Part shown: in pieces, positions 61,040-64,000 of the stretch
Layout of the letters: the number at the start of each line of letters is the position of its first letter
How positions within the stretch are numbered: position 1 is the stretch's first letter
DNA from: Macrostomum hystrix
Taxonomy: Eukaryota > Animalia > Platyhelminthes
DNA length: 64,000 bases
Direction: 5' to 3'
Assembly (NCBI GenBank): GCA_950097015.1
Contig: CATNEN010000003.1
Span: forward strand, 6,572,001 to 6,636,000
Position numbers and translations under genes: made by a program
The notes under the pieces: generated by a model
Database searches by the model: none
Told to the model about the DNA's origin: nothing
What the model saw: only the letters and a program-made list of their open reading frames with translations

Positions 61040-61875
61040 AGGGTTATAGAGTCAAAAGGTTCATTATCATTTGGGACAAAGGGACATAAGGATCATTAAG
61101 TCATTAGGGTCATAGAGTCATTGTGGTCATCGAGGTTCTAAGGTCATAGAGTCATTAGGGTCATAGAGTCATTAGGGTAATATAGTCATTAGAGCCATAG
61201 AGTCATTAGAGTTATAGTCATTATGGTCATAGATGAATTAGGGTCATTTATTAATTAGGGTTAGAGAGTCATTTGAGTCGTTAGGGTCATAGAGTCATTA
61301 GGGTTAGAGAGTCATTAGGGACACAGAGTCATTAGGGTCATAGAGTCATTAGGGTCATAGAGTCATTAGGGTTAGAGAGCCATTAGGGACATAGAGTCAT
61401 AAGGGCAATAGAGTCGTTAGGGCCATAGAGTCATAGAGTCATTAAGGTCATAGAGTCATTATGGTCATAGAGCAATTAGTTTAATAGAGTCCTTAGGGTT
61501 AGAGAGCCATTAGGATCATAGAGTCATTAGGGTCATAGAGTCATTAGGGTCATAGAGTCATTAGGGTCATAGAGTCATTAGGGTCATAGAGTCATTAGGG
61601 TCATAGAGTCATTAGGGTCATAGAGCAATTAGTTTAATAGAGTCCTTAGGGTTAGAGAGTCATTAGGGACACAGAGTCATTAGGGTCATAGAGTCATTAG
61701 GGTCATAGAGTCATTAGGGTCATAGAGTCATTAGGGTCATAGAGCAATTAGTTTAATAGAGTCCTTAGGGTTAGAGAGCCATTAGGATCATAGAGTCATT
61801 AGGGTCATAGAGTCATTAGGGTCATAGAGTCATTAGGGTCATAGAGTCATTATGGTCAGAGAGCCATTAGGGCCA
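61040..61875. repeat. Minisatellite, 17 bp unit (TTAGGGTCATAGAGTCA)
   Basis: Tandem copies just downstream of the UGGT stop. Confidence 0.94.
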
Positions 61876-61939
61876 GAGAACCAGAAAAAGATTCAAAGAC
61901 GATTAAAAAAGCGCAATAAAAAACTGCTCAGAACTATTC

Positions 61940-63517
61940 TCAAAGCTCAGTGTGACCTTCACCGGTTGGAGCGGCAGCAGCCGCCGGCGAAGCATCGGGC
62001 GCGGCCCCGTCAGGTCTCTGCTGACCGCCGTGAAACTGGTCCCACAATGAGCGCACCTCCCTGTCGTAATCTCGCCATTCGGGAAGAATCCGCTGAGCAG
62101 CCTCAAGCTTCGGCTCCTTAGTTTTGGGATTGTTGCACAGGTCGATGGTTTTGGCCTGCTTTTTAGTAGCCGGGTCGCACCAGGTCTCGCAGTAAAGCCA
62201 TTCCTGAGGTAGGCTGTAGATAGCCACCTGGTATCATTGGAGGGGGCGGGGGGTGGAGGAGCGATTTAACTTAATTACAGCATTAAAATCCCTAATCCAT
62301 GTCCATGTCCATAATAAATAATCCCAAAAAATTATAAAATTTCGAAACCGAACCAAATGATCTTGAACCAAAATACAAAAATCGGGAACTAATATTCATA
62401 AATCCCCAAAAATCGAAAAGTTGGTTCCTAATTCCAAACGAGGATTATCAATCAAAGATCCATAACTGATATCTCGCAGTTCCTTACAGATCCCGAAAAA
62501 AAAGAGATACTAAAAAATCAACAAAATCCAGATCCTGATCCCAACTCAGGATCCCATAGATTCTAAAAATCGCTAATCCAAAAGATACTCAAAATCCCAA
62601 AATCAAGATACTTGAGAAAATAAAAATCCCAAAGCAAGATCCCAATCCCAAAGATACTAAAAATCCCAAATCAAGATCCCAATCACAGAGATACTTAAAA
62701 ACCGAAATCAAGATCCCAAAGATACAAAAAATCCCAAATCAAGGTCTCAAAGATACTCTAAATCCCAACTTAAGATCCCGAATATTTTCAATATCCTAAC
62801 TCAACATACTGAAGATAAAAAAATCCCAACGCAAAGTTCCCAATATTTCCAAATGAGTCTTCGGAAGATCGAAAAGTCCTAATGGCATTGTGAAATATCC
62901 CAAAGATCGCACGCAAGAACGCGCAGCTCATCATCCAATCCCTAACCTGGTGAATCATATAGTTGGGCAAGTCCTGATCTAGATTAGCCAACGAATTGGG
63001 ATCCTGGGACAGGCCTTGGTACTGGCCGCGCAACCTATCGCCGGCAGCCAGCCTACGGAATCGAACCAAATCGACCAGGTAGAGAGCCGAGATGTGATAG
63101 GGCCGGTTGCCAAGGTGATTGGCCCAGTAGCCGGTCTTCCAGAATCTGAAGCCGTCCATATCGCGCCGACTGTCGCAGAACGGGGTGTAGGCGTAGGGCG
63201 CGCCGCGAATGTCCATATCGGCCAGCTGCTGCATGTCGGTCCGGACTATCTGATCGGCGTCGACAAAGATAATCCGTTTCACGTCAAGCGGGAATAATAC
63301 GTCGAGGAAGAGGATCTTGTAGGCCCAGATAATTCTCTGCTTCTCTGTTTGACGATTCAACCATCGAGGCCATTTGTACTGGACTAGGCTGTACTCAAAG
63401 TTGTACTTCTCAGCGTAGTAGGGTATGAACTTGATGAACGAAGGCGATAGAAAGCTCTTTAGAAACCAGAATTTCACCTTGGATTTGGTGTGCTTCAAAA
63501 CACTGAGCATCATTAGA
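61940..63517 (-). CDS. UGGT: UDP-glucose:glycoprotein glucosyltransferase, last two exons (GT24 domain); complement(join(61940-62227,62947-63517)), 5'-partial
   Basis: [39 protein letters not shown] (DxD), [10 protein letters not shown] and [19 protein letters not shown]; ends in the ER-retrieval-type HTEL; phase-0 GT-AG intron. Confidence 0.97.
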
Positions 63518-63599
63518 CTGAAATGAAAAAGATTTTTAATGTTTCAATATATCGCGGTCCTTAGTTTAACCATAAAAATTTGGTAGCTAGAGACAGTAG

Positions 63600-64000
63600 C
63601 ATGATATTTTTCGATACATATCGGGTCACTCGTTCTTTTTCTGGTTTGGGACTTCAAAAATAAGAGCTACATGATTTTCGATACATATAGGATAAATAGC
63701 TGTTTTTCGCTTGTGGTTATGGTCTTTAAATAAATGAGTTTGACTTCTTCGATAAATATTTAATAGTTCAATTTCAGATTCTGACAGGGCTCTTAACTAA
63801 AAGACACAAGCAAGACAATTTTCGATACATATCGGGTCACTCATTCGTAGCTTGTATTTTAGGTCTTCAAATATAATAGTAGATAATAATTTTCGATATA
63901 TATAGGATAAATCTAATTCCGTTTGTAATTTTAGTTTTTAAAGACTGCAGACTCGAGCTAGACAGTTTTCGATACATATCGGATCATAGTATTGCAGCTT
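63600..64000. repeat. Degenerate repeat with core TTTTCGATACATATCGG
   Basis: About six diverged copies in a UGGT intron. Confidence 0.65.

Overview
Eukaryotic (animal) genomic DNA with GT-AG introns, GC-rich low-complexity exons and about 20 kb (roughly 30%, hand estimate) of minisatellite arrays. The style suggests a free-living flatworm such as Macrostomum, which is inference only. Hand splicing gives five host genes. (1) A ~1073-aa single-pass membrane protein with a very long disordered tail (+, 1570-11302). (2, 3) Two convergent FoxQ2 paralogs with identical intron positions and C-terminal Eh1 motifs (+ 26397-32968; - 48737-45941); the second is divergent and has a microsatellite-encoded Gly/Asp/Glu/Cys insert. 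(4) A ~1261-aa TRP channel with a TRPM-type MHR3/4, S1-S6, TRP-box and coiled-coil body but canonical N-terminal ankyrin repeats where TRPM carries SLOG/MHR1-2 (-, 59010-50322); it has a consensus RFX X-box in the first coding intron. (5) The 3' end of UGGT (-). The window also holds an intact, very young Ty3/gypsy element (11955-16451) with identical LTRs, a CHCC Gag, a tRNA-iMet PBS and a predicted -1 frameshift signal, two tRNA-derived SINE families (one highly structured, with an HDV-ribozyme-like segment) and a hAT end. The best candidate for novelty is the ankyrin-TRPM hybrid channel. All gene models are manual and need transcript support.
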